From NCBI RefSeq assembly GCF_965228115.1, contig NZ_OZ245794.1:2335926-2399925 (forward strand): DNA of 64,000 nt, given 5' to 3'. The DNA is from Hyphobacterium sp. (lineage in GTDB: Bacteria > Pseudomonadota > Alphaproteobacteria > Caulobacterales > Maricaulaceae). Shown here piece after piece: positions 50,275 to 60,224 of this stretch. The number at the start of each line of letters is the position of its first letter. The first letter of the stretch is position 1. A program made the position numbers and the translations under genes. The notes under the pieces were generated by a model. The model ran no database searches and was not told the DNA's origin. It worked only from the letters and a program-made list of their open reading frames with translations.

Positions 50275-50733
50275 ATGAACAACATTGCGAAAATTCTGTC
50301 CGCTGCGGGGTTCCTGTCGCTCGCTGCTTTTGCTGCACCCGAAGCCAGTGCAGGGACCTGGCATCTGAATGCCGCCTCCTGCCCGGATCTGCGGGAAGAC
50401 CGGCGCGATTCCCGGTACAATGAAGGCCGGTGGGACCGCCGCGAAGACCGCCGTGACCGCCGCGTCATCGAATGTCCACCGCGTTCCTGGACCTATGTTC
50501 CTGACCGTTGGGAACGTCATCGCGGCTTTGAGCGGGGTTCCGGCGCGCGCCGCGGAACACCCGGTATTGTCTACACCAATCGTTATGGCGACTTTTTCCG
50601 CGTGAACCGCCGCGGCCGGCAGATCCCGATTGATGTAGTTGTTCACTACGGTCGCGGACATGGCTGGTATGACCGTCCGCATCGGGGACGCGGATACCGC
50701 TACGGGTCGCGCCCGCGCCACTACCGCTACTAG
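50275..50733 (+). CDS. Secreted Arg-rich small protein, unknown function
   Basis: GGAG SD, signal peptide MNNIAKILSAAGFLSLAAFAAPEASA, high third-position GC, and about 27% Arg (count in finding 14). It occupies the region that the track merges into the antisense 662-aa ORF. Confidence 0.6.
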   Translation: MNNIAKILSAAGFLSLAAFAAPEASAGTWHLNAASCPDLREDRRDSRYNEGRWDRREDRRDRRVIECPPRSWTYVPDRWERHRGFERGSGARRGTPGIVYTNRYGDFFRVNRRGRQIPIDVVVHYGRGHGWYDRPHRGRGYRYGSRPRHYRY

Positions 50734-51542
50734 AGGCGAATTTCGCCTTGAAGATAAAGGGCAGCCCGTCCGCTTAACTGGACGCGGCTGTCCCTTGATT
50801 CAACCGTGAGGGCCCCGGGGCGCGGCCCGATCTGGCGGGCTGTCAGCCGTTTCCGCCCGAACTTATCCGCCCAATACGGCGTAAGTGTACAATGGGCTGA
50901 GCCGGTGACAGGGTCTTCCGCAACGCCTGACGCGGGGGCAAAAAACCGCGAGACGAAATCTGCGGTCTCGCCGCGCGCCGTAGCAATCACATTGATATTG
51001 GCTCTGGCAATCAGACCGAAATCCGGTGTCATGCCGGCAATGGCGTTTTCGTCTTCAAACACCAGCATCTGATACCCGGCGCCGTGAACGCGCTCGACAT
51101 TCAGAGCTTCCACGGGCGATCCCGCGCCGAGGGCGTCGACCACCGCAGGATTCGCGATTGCCGGCTCAAAACCGACTTTCGGTAGGTCCATTTTGAATTG
51201 GTCACTGCCAGAGTGTGAGACTCGCAATTCGCCGGAGCGAGTTGAAAAACGGGCGGTTTCGCCCTGAACCAATTCTTGCGCGAACACCCAGGCCCCGGAG
51301 GCAAAAGTGGCATGCCCGCACAGATCGACTTCCACAGCGGGGGTGAACCAGCGCAGCTGCCAGTGATCGTGGCCATCGGCAACCAAAAACGCTGTCTCCG
51401 AGAGATTGTTCGAAGCAGCGACCCCTAGAAGCTGATCATCAGGCAGAAATTTATCGAGCATACAAACGCCTGCCGGATTGCCGGTAAAAGGTGTTTCTCC
51501 ATCGGAAAAGGCGTGAACTTCAGCGTAGGGAAGGGTAGTCAT
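50730..51542 (-). CDS. PhzF-family isomerase-like protein
   Basis: 270 aa. PFTGNPAGV, the SETAF region and the GSAHC motif are typical of PhzF/YddE. Confidence 0.85.
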   Translation of the reverse strand: MTTLPYAEVHAFSDGETPFTGNPAGVCMLDKFLPDDQLLGVAASNNLSETAFLVADGHDHWQLRWFTPAVEVDLCGHATFASGAWVFAQELVQGETARFSTRSGELRVSHSGSDQFKMDLPKVGFEPAIANPAVVDALGAGSPVEALNVERVHGAGYQMLVFEDENAIAGMTPDFGLIARANINVIATARGETADFVSRFFAPASGVAEDPVTGSAHCTLTPYWADKFGRKRLTARQIGPRPGALTVESRDSRVQLSGRAALYLQGEIRL

Positions 51543-51550
51543 CGGTCTAA

Positions 51551-51898
51551 TTATTCCGGTTTGATATAAATAATGGCGGTTTGGCCCGAAGCTAATTCGA
51601 CCTCGCTCCGATCGGGGTCGACTTCATAGGCGTCGGCTGTCTCGAACTCGGCCCGGGTCAAGAAATAAACATGGCCGTCAATCGTATCAGTTGGATCGTC
51701 CGACCTAACGGCAATGGTGTGAACCGCCTTGCCGCTGGTGGCGATTACATCCGGATCGGTAATCTGAAAAGGCTCCAGACGATAACCCGCCAATTTGTCG
51801 GCATGGCCGTCGAGAAGACGCCCGAAGAGCTCGGTCTGAACGCGTTCCAACTGAAGTGTACCATAGGCAAAGACCGCAATATCGGCCGGATCCGCCAC
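51551..51898 (-). CDS. Gamma-glutamylcyclotransferase-like (AIG2/GGACT) protein
   Basis: VFAYGTLQ N-terminal motif; 115 aa. Confidence 0.6.
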   Translation of the reverse strand: MADPADIAVFAYGTLQLERVQTELFGRLLDGHADKLAGYRLEPFQITDPDVIATSGKAVHTIAVRSDDPTDTIDGHVYFLTRAEFETADAYEVDPDRSEVELASGQTAIIYIKPE

Positions 51899-51900
51899 GA

Positions 51901-52386
51901 TCAGACCTCGTCGCAGAGGTCGCGGGACCGGCGAACGGCATCCGCTTCGGCAATCGTGTCCTCATCCGGGGCCAGCCGGCGGATCAGCGCAATCCCCGTG
52001 GCACTGCCCAGATCGACATCACCGCCGTCCCCGATGGTGATTTCGATATCACCGTCGATCTCGGTGTCATTGCGGGTGAATACATTATCAGTGTTGCCGC
52101 TGAAGACTGCGAGCGACATGTAGCCGCCCCAATCGGCAGCCCGGACGCGCACCGGACCATTGGAAACGTCTAACAGGCAAATGGAATATAATAGGTCTGG
52201 CGAAGGCCTTACGACACGCCGGCTGTTTTCATCGGTTGGGGGCACGTGCGCGATCTGGTTGGTCGCAGCCCCGATACTCGCAAGCCGATCCATGGCGGTG
52301 TTCATGGCAAGCCGTGGCAGATACCAGACGGTGGCGGCGTGAACCGCTGCGGCAGCAACAAGGAAGGCAAGGAGATACCGGATCAT
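51901..52386 (-). CDS. DUF1254 domain protein (membrane-anchored)
   Basis: The VVRPSPDLLYSICLLDVSNGPVRV motif. The ATG at 52386 overlaps the upstream stop (ATGA). Confidence 0.6.
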   Translation of the reverse strand: MIRYLLAFLVAAAAVHAATVWYLPRLAMNTAMDRLASIGAATNQIAHVPPTDENSRRVVRPSPDLLYSICLLDVSNGPVRVRAADWGGYMSLAVFSGNTDNVFTRNDTEIDGDIEITIGDGGDVDLGSATGIALIRRLAPDEDTIAEADAVRRSRDLCDEV

Positions 52387-52985
52387 GCGCCGCCCTCCTG
52401 GCATCCCAGCCGGACAATATTCGGCGCTACCAGAATATCTTCTGGGGTGTTCAGCACGTCTTCGCTGGCATTGTAGAGACGGAAGAGGAGATCAAACTCA
52501 CCGGCATAGCGGCTGGAAATCCAGAAAGAACCATCCCCCGGATTCTCCGCCTGAATGGTCGCGCGCCACAGGCCGTCCTCGTCGACGGGCAGGCGGGAGG
52601 CATCAGCAGAATGGGCGTCATCGGTGTTCTGGGCGAGAAAATAATCGCTGGCATAAAGCGTCACCGACCACCAGCGAGCCGCCGGGGCTTCGCCTTCGAT
52701 GACATAGGCGCAGTTTTCACTCAGCTGCGCGCCGTCATCATCAACATTCCGCAGATAATAGGTCGCTTCTTCGCGCCGCAGTCCCAGCAATCCCCGCCGG
52801 GCAACATAGGCGCGGGTGTAAGGATCAGCAGCGTCTGAACCGATTGCCGCATCGCTGCGCCAATCGTCAACTTCGATGGCCTGAAAAAGACCGGGTGGGT
52901 CCAGCGGCGTCCAGCCGGACAGCCAGAGTGCGGAGGTCAAACCGGTGACCGCACCGAGGAGAAGGGTGACAATCCAGCGGATCAA
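52383..52985 (-). CDS. DUF1214 domain protein (membrane-anchored)
   Basis: The EEATYYLRNVDDDGAQL...WWSVTLY pattern. Confidence 0.6.
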   Translation of the reverse strand: MIRWIVTLLLGAVTGLTSALWLSGWTPLDPPGLFQAIEVDDWRSDAAIGSDAADPYTRAYVARRGLLGLRREEATYYLRNVDDDGAQLSENCAYVIEGEAPAARWWSVTLYASDYFLAQNTDDAHSADASRLPVDEDGLWRATIQAENPGDGSFWISSRYAGEFDLLFRLYNASEDVLNTPEDILVAPNIVRLGCQEGGA

Positions 52986-53866
52986 AACGCCCAGCCTTCT
53001 TCTTCCCAGGGCCAGGTCCGGGCACTGTAATCGGGATAATCCAGTTCGATTTCCGGAGCGCTGGCGTCCAGCTGTTCGGCCAGTTCCGGTGTCAGGTTCG
53101 AGCCGAGTTCGAACAAGGCATCGCGGACAGTTTCGCGCGCTTGCGTATACAGATTTGACCGGTCCTGGCGCATGCGGTTTCGCTGGGCATCAATAGCGGC
53201 CTCGACGGTCTGGAATTCGGTCACAAGACGCGTTGACTCGTCGTCCTGACCGGCGCGGTCATAGTGCTCATCCATTGCTTCGCGCCAATTCTGCATTTCG
53301 AGATAGGCGAGAGACAAACGCGCCCCCTCGCGCGCCTCCCACTCATTGATCTGATCGACCAGGCGGGCATAGGTCCTGGAGTTTTCAACCACGCCGCCGG
53401 CGGGCCGCGTAAAGGCCATGCGCTGGAAGTAGCGGACAACATCAGCATGATCGCGTGAATAGGCGGTGTGCCATGTGTGCATGGTATCGCGGTTCACCAG
53501 GCCAATGTCCGGATCAATGATCAAGACAGTGGGCGTGCCATAAATGGTGTAAGCGCCCATATCCCGCAAAAGCGGCAGATGCCGGTGCCGCCAGCCGACA
53601 TCAACCCAGACCAGCTCATAGTTCTCTGTGAGGAGGGTCTGCATGTCTTCCTGAGCGAAATGGTTCGCCAGCCCGCGGCTGTCATGACACCAGTTGGCAC
53701 CGAAAACGATCAAGGTGCGGATGTTGTTCACGGCTGCGCGCGCGAGCGCCGCGTTGACCTCAGCGCGCGCGTCAGCCTCATCGGAGAACGGGCGTGGATG
53801 ATTGTCATCGGCATGTGCGGAAAAAACGAGCAGGAAGAAAGGAAGAAAAAGACGCAACATGGACAT
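52982..53866 (-). CDS. Secreted thioredoxin-fold protein with a single-Cys motif (WCHDS) and a long helical C-terminal half
   Basis: Signal peptide MSMLRLFLPFFLLVFSAHA and LIVFGANWCHDSRGL. Start moved to ATG 53866. Confidence 0.5.
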   Translation of the reverse strand: MSMLRLFLPFFLLVFSAHADDNHPRPFSDEADARAEVNAALARAAVNNIRTLIVFGANWCHDSRGLANHFAQEDMQTLLTENYELVWVDVGWRHRHLPLLRDMGAYTIYGTPTVLIIDPDIGLVNRDTMHTWHTAYSRDHADVVRYFQRMAFTRPAGGVVENSRTYARLVDQINEWEAREGARLSLAYLEMQNWREAMDEHYDRAGQDDESTRLVTEFQTVEAAIDAQRNRMRQDRSNLYTQARETVRDALFELGSNLTPELAEQLDASAPEIELDYPDYSARTWPWEEEGWAF

Positions 53867-53933
53867 CTCGACTGGTTTTACCTCGCAGTATGAAAGCGCC
53901 CCCGTCCGGCTTTGTCGAGTTGGATTGACCGCC

Positions 53934-55181
53934 TCAAGACTTTTCGATCTGTCGCCGCGATAAAAACAAGACAAGCCCGGTCAGGCTGAACACAGCTGCC
54001 ATCACAAAAGGCGCACCCGCAAAACGCACGCCCAACTCACCGCTTTCGAACACGGAAAACAGCTGAGTGTAGATGAGCGGGCTGATCACCAGGATCGTGC
54101 CGTTCAAGGCCGCCAGCCCGCCCTGCAGCTCGCCCTGCGCGTTAGAGGCCACCCGCTCGGTCATGATTTTCTGCATCGCAGGTCCGAAAATGCTGCTGAT
54201 AAGGGCCAGGTTGAGAATGAGATAGATCTGCCAGCCCGCCGTTGCGGTGGCAACGACGGTCAGCGTGGTGATCTGGCACGCGATGGACACCCAGATGGCG
54301 CGTCGTTCGCCGAGGTGTTTTAGCAGGAAAGGCACCATCACGATCTGACTGACCGCGAAGATGACACCGTAATAGGCGAGGGATATCCCCACCTGGCTTT
54401 CGGTCCAGCCAAATTTTGCCATCAGCGCATAGGTCCAGATCGCCGGATACACAAAGCCCGCCAGATTGACGAAGAAGAAGATAACAACCGTGGTGCCCAA
54501 CCCCTCGATCCGGAACAGGCGCAAGAGGGTTCCAAACGGGTTGGCACGCCGCCAGGAAAAAGCCCGCCGGTTTTCATCGGTCAGGGATTCCCGCATGGCA
54601 AAATAGCCGAACACCGCATTGATGCCGGCAAAAGCGGCAGCGGCGAAAAACGGCGCCCGCGGGCTCAGCTCTCCCAGCAAGCCGCCGATGGCCGGGCCAA
54701 TGACGAAGCCAACCCCCATCGCCGCACCAATCCAGCCAAAGCGCTGGGCGCGGTTCTCGGAGGGGGTGATGTCAGTGACATAAGCGGTCGCCGTGGCGTA
54801 AGTCGCCGCAAAAATGCCCGACAGCAGACGCGCGCCGAAAAACACCCAAAGGGCATGGGCCAGCCCCATCAGCAGGAAATCCGCCGCAAGCGCGGCCAGT
54901 GACATCAGCAGAACGGGGCGCCGGCCAAACCGGTCTGACAATCCGCCCAGCACGGGTGAGCAGAAGAACTGAGCCATCGCGAAAATAAAGGTCGCCAACC
55001 CACCCCAGGCGGCGGCCGGGCCGAGGCCTTGTCCGGTCAGCTCCATCAAAAGGGCGGGCAGCACCGGAATGATCAGGGCGAAGGCCAGAGCATCAATCAG
55101 CACCGTGGCGATTATGAAAGCCATGGCGGCGGTGCCGCCCGGCTTCTTGACGGCCCCGGTCGGCCGTTCGGCAATATCCAT
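53934..55181 (-). CDS. MFS transporter (TCR/Tet-like drug:H+ antiporter type)
   Basis: 12 TM helices and GGLSDRFGRRPVLL (MFS motif A). Confidence 0.85.
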   Translation of the reverse strand: MDIAERPTGAVKKPGGTAAMAFIIATVLIDALAFALIIPVLPALLMELTGQGLGPAAAWGGLATFIFAMAQFFCSPVLGGLSDRFGRRPVLLMSLAALAADFLLMGLAHALWVFFGARLLSGIFAATYATATAYVTDITPSENRAQRFGWIGAAMGVGFVIGPAIGGLLGELSPRAPFFAAAAFAGINAVFGYFAMRESLTDENRRAFSWRRANPFGTLLRLFRIEGLGTTVVIFFFVNLAGFVYPAIWTYALMAKFGWTESQVGISLAYYGVIFAVSQIVMVPFLLKHLGERRAIWVSIACQITTLTVVATATAGWQIYLILNLALISSIFGPAMQKIMTERVASNAQGELQGGLAALNGTILVISPLIYTQLFSVFESGELGVRFAGAPFVMAAVFSLTGLVLFLSRRQIEKS

Positions 55182-55282
55182 GCTTTACCCTGCCCCTTCC
55201 GCCGGGCGGTGCCGCTTGACACCCGCAGACCGACCCCCTAGCGACAGGCTGACACTACGCGGCGGAGGCATTGAGGCCAAGC

Positions 55283-56098
55283 ATGGATGCGGAACTGACC
55301 CCGATTGCGCGCAATTGCCCGAATTGCGGAGCGGATCAGCCGAAAGATCTCGGCCTTGGACGGGATCCCTGGGTGATCGGCGAGTGTGGCCAGTGCGGTT
55401 TTGCCTATCTGACGGCAGCGGCGTCCTACGAAGACCTCTCGGAGCTGTATTCCTGGGAAAAAGCCATCGTCGCCGAAGCCAAGCGCCGCAAGCAAAAACA
55501 GCCCATCGTGCAATGGCTGGATCAGAAAACGCGATGGCGTCTGCACATGTTTCCGCGTCCGGAGACCAAGACCTTCCTGGAAAAACTCGTTCCAGGGGGC
55601 AATATCGTCGATATCGGATGCGGCAATGGCAAGGTCGGGCTGGCGCTGCCGGACCGGTACACGCCCTATGGCGTTGAAATTTCTAAGTCTCTGGCCGCTG
55701 AAGCTGACGCGGAATTTAGAAAGCGCGGCGGGTTTTGCGTCCACGCGCCGTCGGCAGAAGGCTTGGGTCAGTTCGAGCCCAACCTGTTCGATGGCGCGAT
55801 GTTGAACTCCTACCTCGAGCATGAGGCCAAGCCTCTGCCGGTCCTGGAAGCGCTGGCCCGTGTCATGAAGCCATCCGGTGTTGCGATTATCAAAGTGCCC
55901 AATTTCGGCTCCTGGAATGCGGCGGTCATGAAGTCTGGCTGGTGCGGCATCCGTCTGCCTGATCATGTGAATTATTTTACACCGCAATCGCTGGCCAACA
56001 TGGCGGCAAAGGCGGGTTTTGCGTCTGATTTTCCGGGGTCTGCCAACCTGCCAACGAATGATAATTTCTGGGCATTTCTCCGGCGCGAGGCAGCCTAG
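55283..56098 (+). CDS. Class I SAM-dependent methyltransferase with an N-terminal zinc ribbon
   Basis: CPNCG...CGQCGF and VDIGCGNG (motif I). ATG 55283 has a GAGG SD. Confidence 0.75.
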   Translation: MDAELTPIARNCPNCGADQPKDLGLGRDPWVIGECGQCGFAYLTAAASYEDLSELYSWEKAIVAEAKRRKQKQPIVQWLDQKTRWRLHMFPRPETKTFLEKLVPGGNIVDIGCGNGKVGLALPDRYTPYGVEISKSLAAEADAEFRKRGGFCVHAPSAEGLGQFEPNLFDGAMLNSYLEHEAKPLPVLEALARVMKPSGVAIIKVPNFGSWNAAVMKSGWCGIRLPDHVNYFTPQSLANMAAKAGFASDFPGSANLPTNDNFWAFLRREAA

Positions 56099-56136
56099 GT
56101 TTTTGGAAAGTGAGGGGACAGAAAACCTCTCACGCG

Positions 56137-57129
56137 TTAGAGCGTCTCCAGAAACTTCTCCAGACGCTGCATGTCCGTGGGCAAGTCCGAGGTAAAATGC
56201 AGGGCCTCGCCGGTGATCGGGTGTTTGAAGCCCAGCTCATAGGCATGAAGCGCCTGACGCCGGAAGTCCTTGAAGGCGCGGCCATCATCCAGCTCTTTGA
56301 GCTTCTGCGCCCGCCCGCGCCCATAGGTGGGGTCACCCAGCAGCGGAGCTGCGATATGCGCCATATGCACGCGGATCTGGTGGGTGCGGCCGGTTTCCAG
56401 ACGGCATTCCACCTTGGAGGCCAGCGACCGGCCGAGCATCGCCCCGCCCTCACGGCCATAGGTCGCCAGCGTCTTGTAATTGGTGATCGCCAGCTTGCCG
56501 GCCAGGCTGTGCGGATCGTTCACCACCGCCATTTTCTTGCGGTCCTGATCCGACCGGGCAATGCGGGTCTTGATCCGGCCTTCGCGCGGTTCCGGAGACG
56601 AGCGGGTAAAGGCGATATAGGCGCGTTCAACGGAGTGCTCGGCAAACTGTTCGGCGAGGCCATTATGCGTCTGATCATCCTTGGCGGCGACCAGCAGCCC
56701 GGACGTATCCTTGTCCAGCCGGTGGACAATACCGGGGCGCTCCACCCCGCCAATACCCGACAGCGAGCCCGCGCAATGATGCAGCAGGGCATGCACCAGT
56801 GTGCCGGTCCAGTTGCCGGCGGCCGGGTGCACCGCCATGGCGTGCGGCTTGTTGACGATGATCAGATGATCATCCTCGAACACCACATCCAGAGGAATGT
56901 CTTCAGGGGTTGGGTCAGCCGCAACGGGCGCCGGAACGGTCAGTACATATTCTGCACCGAGAATGGTCTTGTGCGCCGGATTGGACATTACCTCACCATT
57001 GCAGGTGAGGTTTTCACCCTCGATCAACGCCTTCAGGCGCGAGCGCGAATACTCGTCAATCTCGTCTGCCAGCCAGCGGTCCAGCCGCAGGCCTTTTTGT
57101 TCGGCAATGAGGGTGATCGGGGCGGTCAT
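56137..57129 (-). CDS. rluD: RluA-family 23S rRNA pseudouridine synthase (RluD-like, with S4 domain)
   Basis: HRLDKDTSGLLVAAK, GRTHQIRVHMAHI and an N-terminal S4-like RLDRWLAD. Confidence 0.88.
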   Translation of the reverse strand: MTAPITLIAEQKGLRLDRWLADEIDEYSRSRLKALIEGENLTCNGEVMSNPAHKTILGAEYVLTVPAPVAADPTPEDIPLDVVFEDDHLIIVNKPHAMAVHPAAGNWTGTLVHALLHHCAGSLSGIGGVERPGIVHRLDKDTSGLLVAAKDDQTHNGLAEQFAEHSVERAYIAFTRSSPEPREGRIKTRIARSDQDRKKMAVVNDPHSLAGKLAITNYKTLATYGREGGAMLGRSLASKVECRLETGRTHQIRVHMAHIAAPLLGDPTYGRGRAQKLKELDDGRAFKDFRRQALHAYELGFKHPITGEALHFTSDLPTDMQRLEKFLETL

Positions 57130-57432
57130 GTCAGCGGGTTAGCTGAACTTGTCCGCCCCGTCACGCTCTCAGGGTAGGAGGACGTCGACTGATACAGCGA
57201 CTAGGTGCCCGTATTGCGTACATCAAGCATCCAGCTTAATCATCCCATGCCCGCTATTCCGGCGGGTGTGGAGATTTTATGTTCACCATTGCGGGAAACC
57301 GCTGACCCCATAGCATGGGTCTTTGAAAAGGTTCGCAGCGATTGAAATTTCGTTCGCTGCGTTTTTTGGCTGCCTGCAGCTTTCGCACTCCGTCAGCCTC
57401 TCCGCCCTTCGGGGCCAAAAAGGTATAGAACA

Positions 57433-57897
57433 TTGAATATCAGACCTACCAGCGCTGGAGATATTCCAGCGCTGCAAACCGTACTGGATGAAACGGAATT
57501 GTTTCCAGGCGAATTTCTGGCCGGCATGTTGTCCGGATTTCTTTCGGATACGCATGTCCAGGAACATTGGCTAAGCGTGGAACTAGATCATGAGATCGTT
57601 GGGTTTTGCTTCGCTGAACCCGAGCCCCATACAGACCGGGTTTGGAATATGCGAGCAATCGCCATTAGCCCGAAATTGCAAGGCCAAGGCATCGGCAGCC
57701 ATCTAGTGGCTATGCTTGAGAGACATCTCTCCGAATCCGGTCAACGGCTCTTGATCGTGGACACGTCGGGCATGGAAACCTTCGCGCCAACACGCGAATT
57801 CTACAAAAAGAACGGCTACAAAGAAGAGGCCCGGATTAGTGACTTTTGGTTAGAAGGCGACGACAAAGTCGTCTTCTGGAAACGATTGTTGATCTAG
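57433..57897 (+). CDS. GNAT-family N-acetyltransferase
   Basis: The acetyl-CoA motif QGQGIGSHLVAMLE, with a TTG start (position uncertain). Confidence 0.7.
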   Translation: MNIRPTSAGDIPALQTVLDETELFPGEFLAGMLSGFLSDTHVQEHWLSVELDHEIVGFCFAEPEPHTDRVWNMRAIAISPKLQGQGIGSHLVAMLERHLSESGQRLLIVDTSGMETFAPTREFYKKNGYKEEARISDFWLEGDDKVVFWKRLLI

Positions 57898-57911
57898 CCG
57901 GAACAAAAAAA

Positions 57912-57944
57912 CGGAGCGGTCCAGTGGACCGCTCCGCATTTTCG
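57912..57944. terminator. Bidirectional rho-independent terminator between the GNAT gene and folE
   Basis: An 11-bp perfect stem cggagcggtcc-agt-ggaccgctccg, flanked by aaaaaaa on one side and cattttcg on the other. Confidence 0.75.
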
Positions 57945-57963
57945 TAGATCAAAGATCCGGAGC

Positions 57964-58593
57964 TTAAGACGCGCGCTCGACCATCTTCATAAAGCGGCCG
58001 CGCAGATCATCGTCGGATTTGAACTCACCGGCGAAAGTGGTCGTCACCGTCGAGACGTTCGGGTGATGCACGCCGCGCGTGGTCATGCACTGGTGCTTGG
58101 CATCGATCAGCACGGCCACACCGCGCGCATCCATCGCTTCCATCAGCGTGTCAGCGATTTGCGCCGTCATGGTTTCCTGGGTCTGCATCCGCTTGGAGTA
58201 GATCTCCACTACGCGGGCAATCTTGGAGATGCCGACCACGGCCTTGCGCGGCAGATAGGCCACATGCGCGACGCCCATGATGGGGGCGAGGTGGTGTTCG
58301 CAATGGCTCTCCACATCGATATTGGTGAGCATCACCATATCGTCATAGCCCTGCACGTCTTCAAAGGTGCGGGCGAGTTCCTTGGCCGGATCGGCCTTAT
58401 AGCCCGAGAACCATTCTTCATAGGCTTTGACCACGCGCTTGGGCGTATCGATCAGGCCTTCGCGATTGGGGTTATCGCCGGCCCAGGCCAGCAGTGTGCG
58501 GACAGCGGCTTCGGCTTCCTCGCGGCTGGGGCGGACAGGCGTTTGCGTTTCAGGGCGCAATTCGGCTGGGGTTTTGGCGTCCATGTTATCCAT
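57964..58593 (-). CDS. folE: GTP cyclohydrolase I (FolE type 1)
   Basis: [21 protein letters not shown] and the HQCMTTRGV motif. Confidence 0.95.
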   Translation of the reverse strand: MDNMDAKTPAELRPETQTPVRPSREEAEAAVRTLLAWAGDNPNREGLIDTPKRVVKAYEEWFSGYKADPAKELARTFEDVQGYDDMVMLTNIDVESHCEHHLAPIMGVAHVAYLPRKAVVGISKIARVVEIYSKRMQTQETMTAQIADTLMEAMDARGVAVLIDAKHQCMTTRGVHHPNVSTVTTTFAGEFKSDDDLRGRFMKMVERAS

Positions 58594-58806
58594 GATCCTT
58601 CCGTTTTCGGGTTACGGCTGTATACGCAGCCGGTCTAGTTCCGGTTTCCGGACCGAAGTACTGGACGCATGGGTTTAAGCAGCCGCCCGTTGTTCTTCCG
58701 GTTTCGCAATCATTGCGAGACCGCTATGTAGGGCGTGAAATCGCGCCGTCCATAGGGCTGGCTCCAGTTTATACGCTTTTTGATCAAAACGATAGGACGG
58801 GCTGTT

Positions 58807-60180
58807 ATGGCCGAATTACATCTTCACGATACGCTGACCGGCACCAAAAGGGTGTTCGAACCGGGCAATCCGGAGCGGGTGACGATGTATGTCTGTGGCC
58901 CGACGGTTTATTCCTACGCCCATATCGGCAATGCCCGCCCGGCAGTGGTTTTCGATGTATTGTTCCGCGCACTCCAGCGCCGTTTTGGCGCGGATCGGGT
59001 CGTCTATGCGCGCAATATCACCGATGTTGAGGACAAGATCATCGAGACGATGAAGGCGACCGGGGCCTCCATGAAAGAGATCACGGACAAATACGCCGAT
59101 ATCTACCGCGCGGATATGGACGCGCTGGGCGTCTCGCTGCCTTCGATCGAGCCCCATGCCACGGACCATATTGGCGAGATGATCGCCATGATCGCCAGGC
59201 TGATCGAGGGCGGCCATGCCTATGTGGCGGAAGGCCATGTTCTCTTCTCGGTGAAAAGCTTTGACGATTATGGCGCGCTCTCCAAACGCGATCTGGACGA
59301 TATGATGGCCGGGGCGCGCGTTGAAGTCGCGCCATACAAGAAAGACCCGACCGACTTTGTCTTGTGGAAACCCGCCAAGGATGATGAACCCGGCTGGGAC
59401 AGCCCGTGGGGCCGTGGCCGTCCGGGCTGGCATATCGAATGCTCGGCCATGGCAGAAAAGCATCTGGGCGAAACCATCGACATTCATGGCGGCGGGATCG
59501 ATCTCACCTTCCCGCATCATGAAAACGAGATCGCGCAATCGGTTTGCTCCCATGGCGGCAGGCCGATGGCGCGCTATTGGCTGCACAATGGCTTTTTATC
59601 GATGGACTCCACCAAAATGTCCAAATCGCTGGGCAATGTGAAACTGGTGCATGAGTTGATCGAGCACTGGCCCGGCGAGGTGCTCCGCTATGCGCTACTG
59701 ACAGGGCATTACCGCGCGCCGCTCGACTGGACGGATGCGTTGCTGGAACGCTCGCAAAAATCGCTTGACCGGCTTTATGGCGTCTTGCGCCGCATCAAAG
59801 CTGAGCCCGGCAACGTGCCGGAAACGGTCGAGGCAGCTCTGGATGATGATCTCAACACGCCCAAAGCGCTAGCGGCTTTGTTTGCTCTGGCGGGAGACGC
59901 CAACCGCGCTGAAGGTGAGGCGGATCGGGCCAAAGCCGCGGGGGCTCTGCTTGCTGGCGGTCAGGCTCTGGGGCTGTTGAATGAGTCTCCGGATGCGTGG
60001 TTTGGAATTGATAGCCTGTCGGAAGCTGAACGCGCCGAAATCGATCAGCTGATTGCCGATCGCGCCGAGGCTCGCAAGGCCAAAGACTTCGCCAAGGCCG
60101 ATGCCCTGCGCGATGAGCTGGTCGCCCGCAAAATCCAGGTCGAGGATGCGCCGGAAGGGTCTACCTGGCGGTTGGGGTAA
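58807..60180 (+). CDS. cysS: Cysteine--tRNA ligase
   Basis: HIGN (HIGH) motif in [14 protein letters not shown] present, and zinc ligands in WHIECS. ATG 58807. Confidence 0.96.
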   Translation: MAELHLHDTLTGTKRVFEPGNPERVTMYVCGPTVYSYAHIGNARPAVVFDVLFRALQRRFGADRVVYARNITDVEDKIIETMKATGASMKEITDKYADIYRADMDALGVSLPSIEPHATDHIGEMIAMIARLIEGGHAYVAEGHVLFSVKSFDDYGALSKRDLDDMMAGARVEVAPYKKDPTDFVLWKPAKDDEPGWDSPWGRGRPGWHIECSAMAEKHLGETIDIHGGGIDLTFPHHENEIAQSVCSHGGRPMARYWLHNGFLSMDSTKMSKSLGNVKLVHELIEHWPGEVLRYALLTGHYRAPLDWTDALLERSQKSLDRLYGVLRRIKAEPGNVPETVEAALDDDLNTPKALAALFALAGDANRAEGEADRAKAAGALLAGGQALGLLNESPDAWFGIDSLSEAERAEIDQLIADRAEARKAKDFAKADALRDELVARKIQVEDAPEGSTWRLG

Positions 60181-60224
60181 GAAGCTAGCACTTCCGCCAC
60201 AATTGGCTTATATCCTGCCCCGCG

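Noticed and set aside
50086-50721. The N-terminal 212 codons of the 662-aa minus-strand ORF, which would be an extension of the protease.
   Set aside because: This part has no protein-like features. The protease has its own AGGGGA SD, ATG and signal peptide at 50085, and the + strand here carries a better-supported secreted-protein gene.
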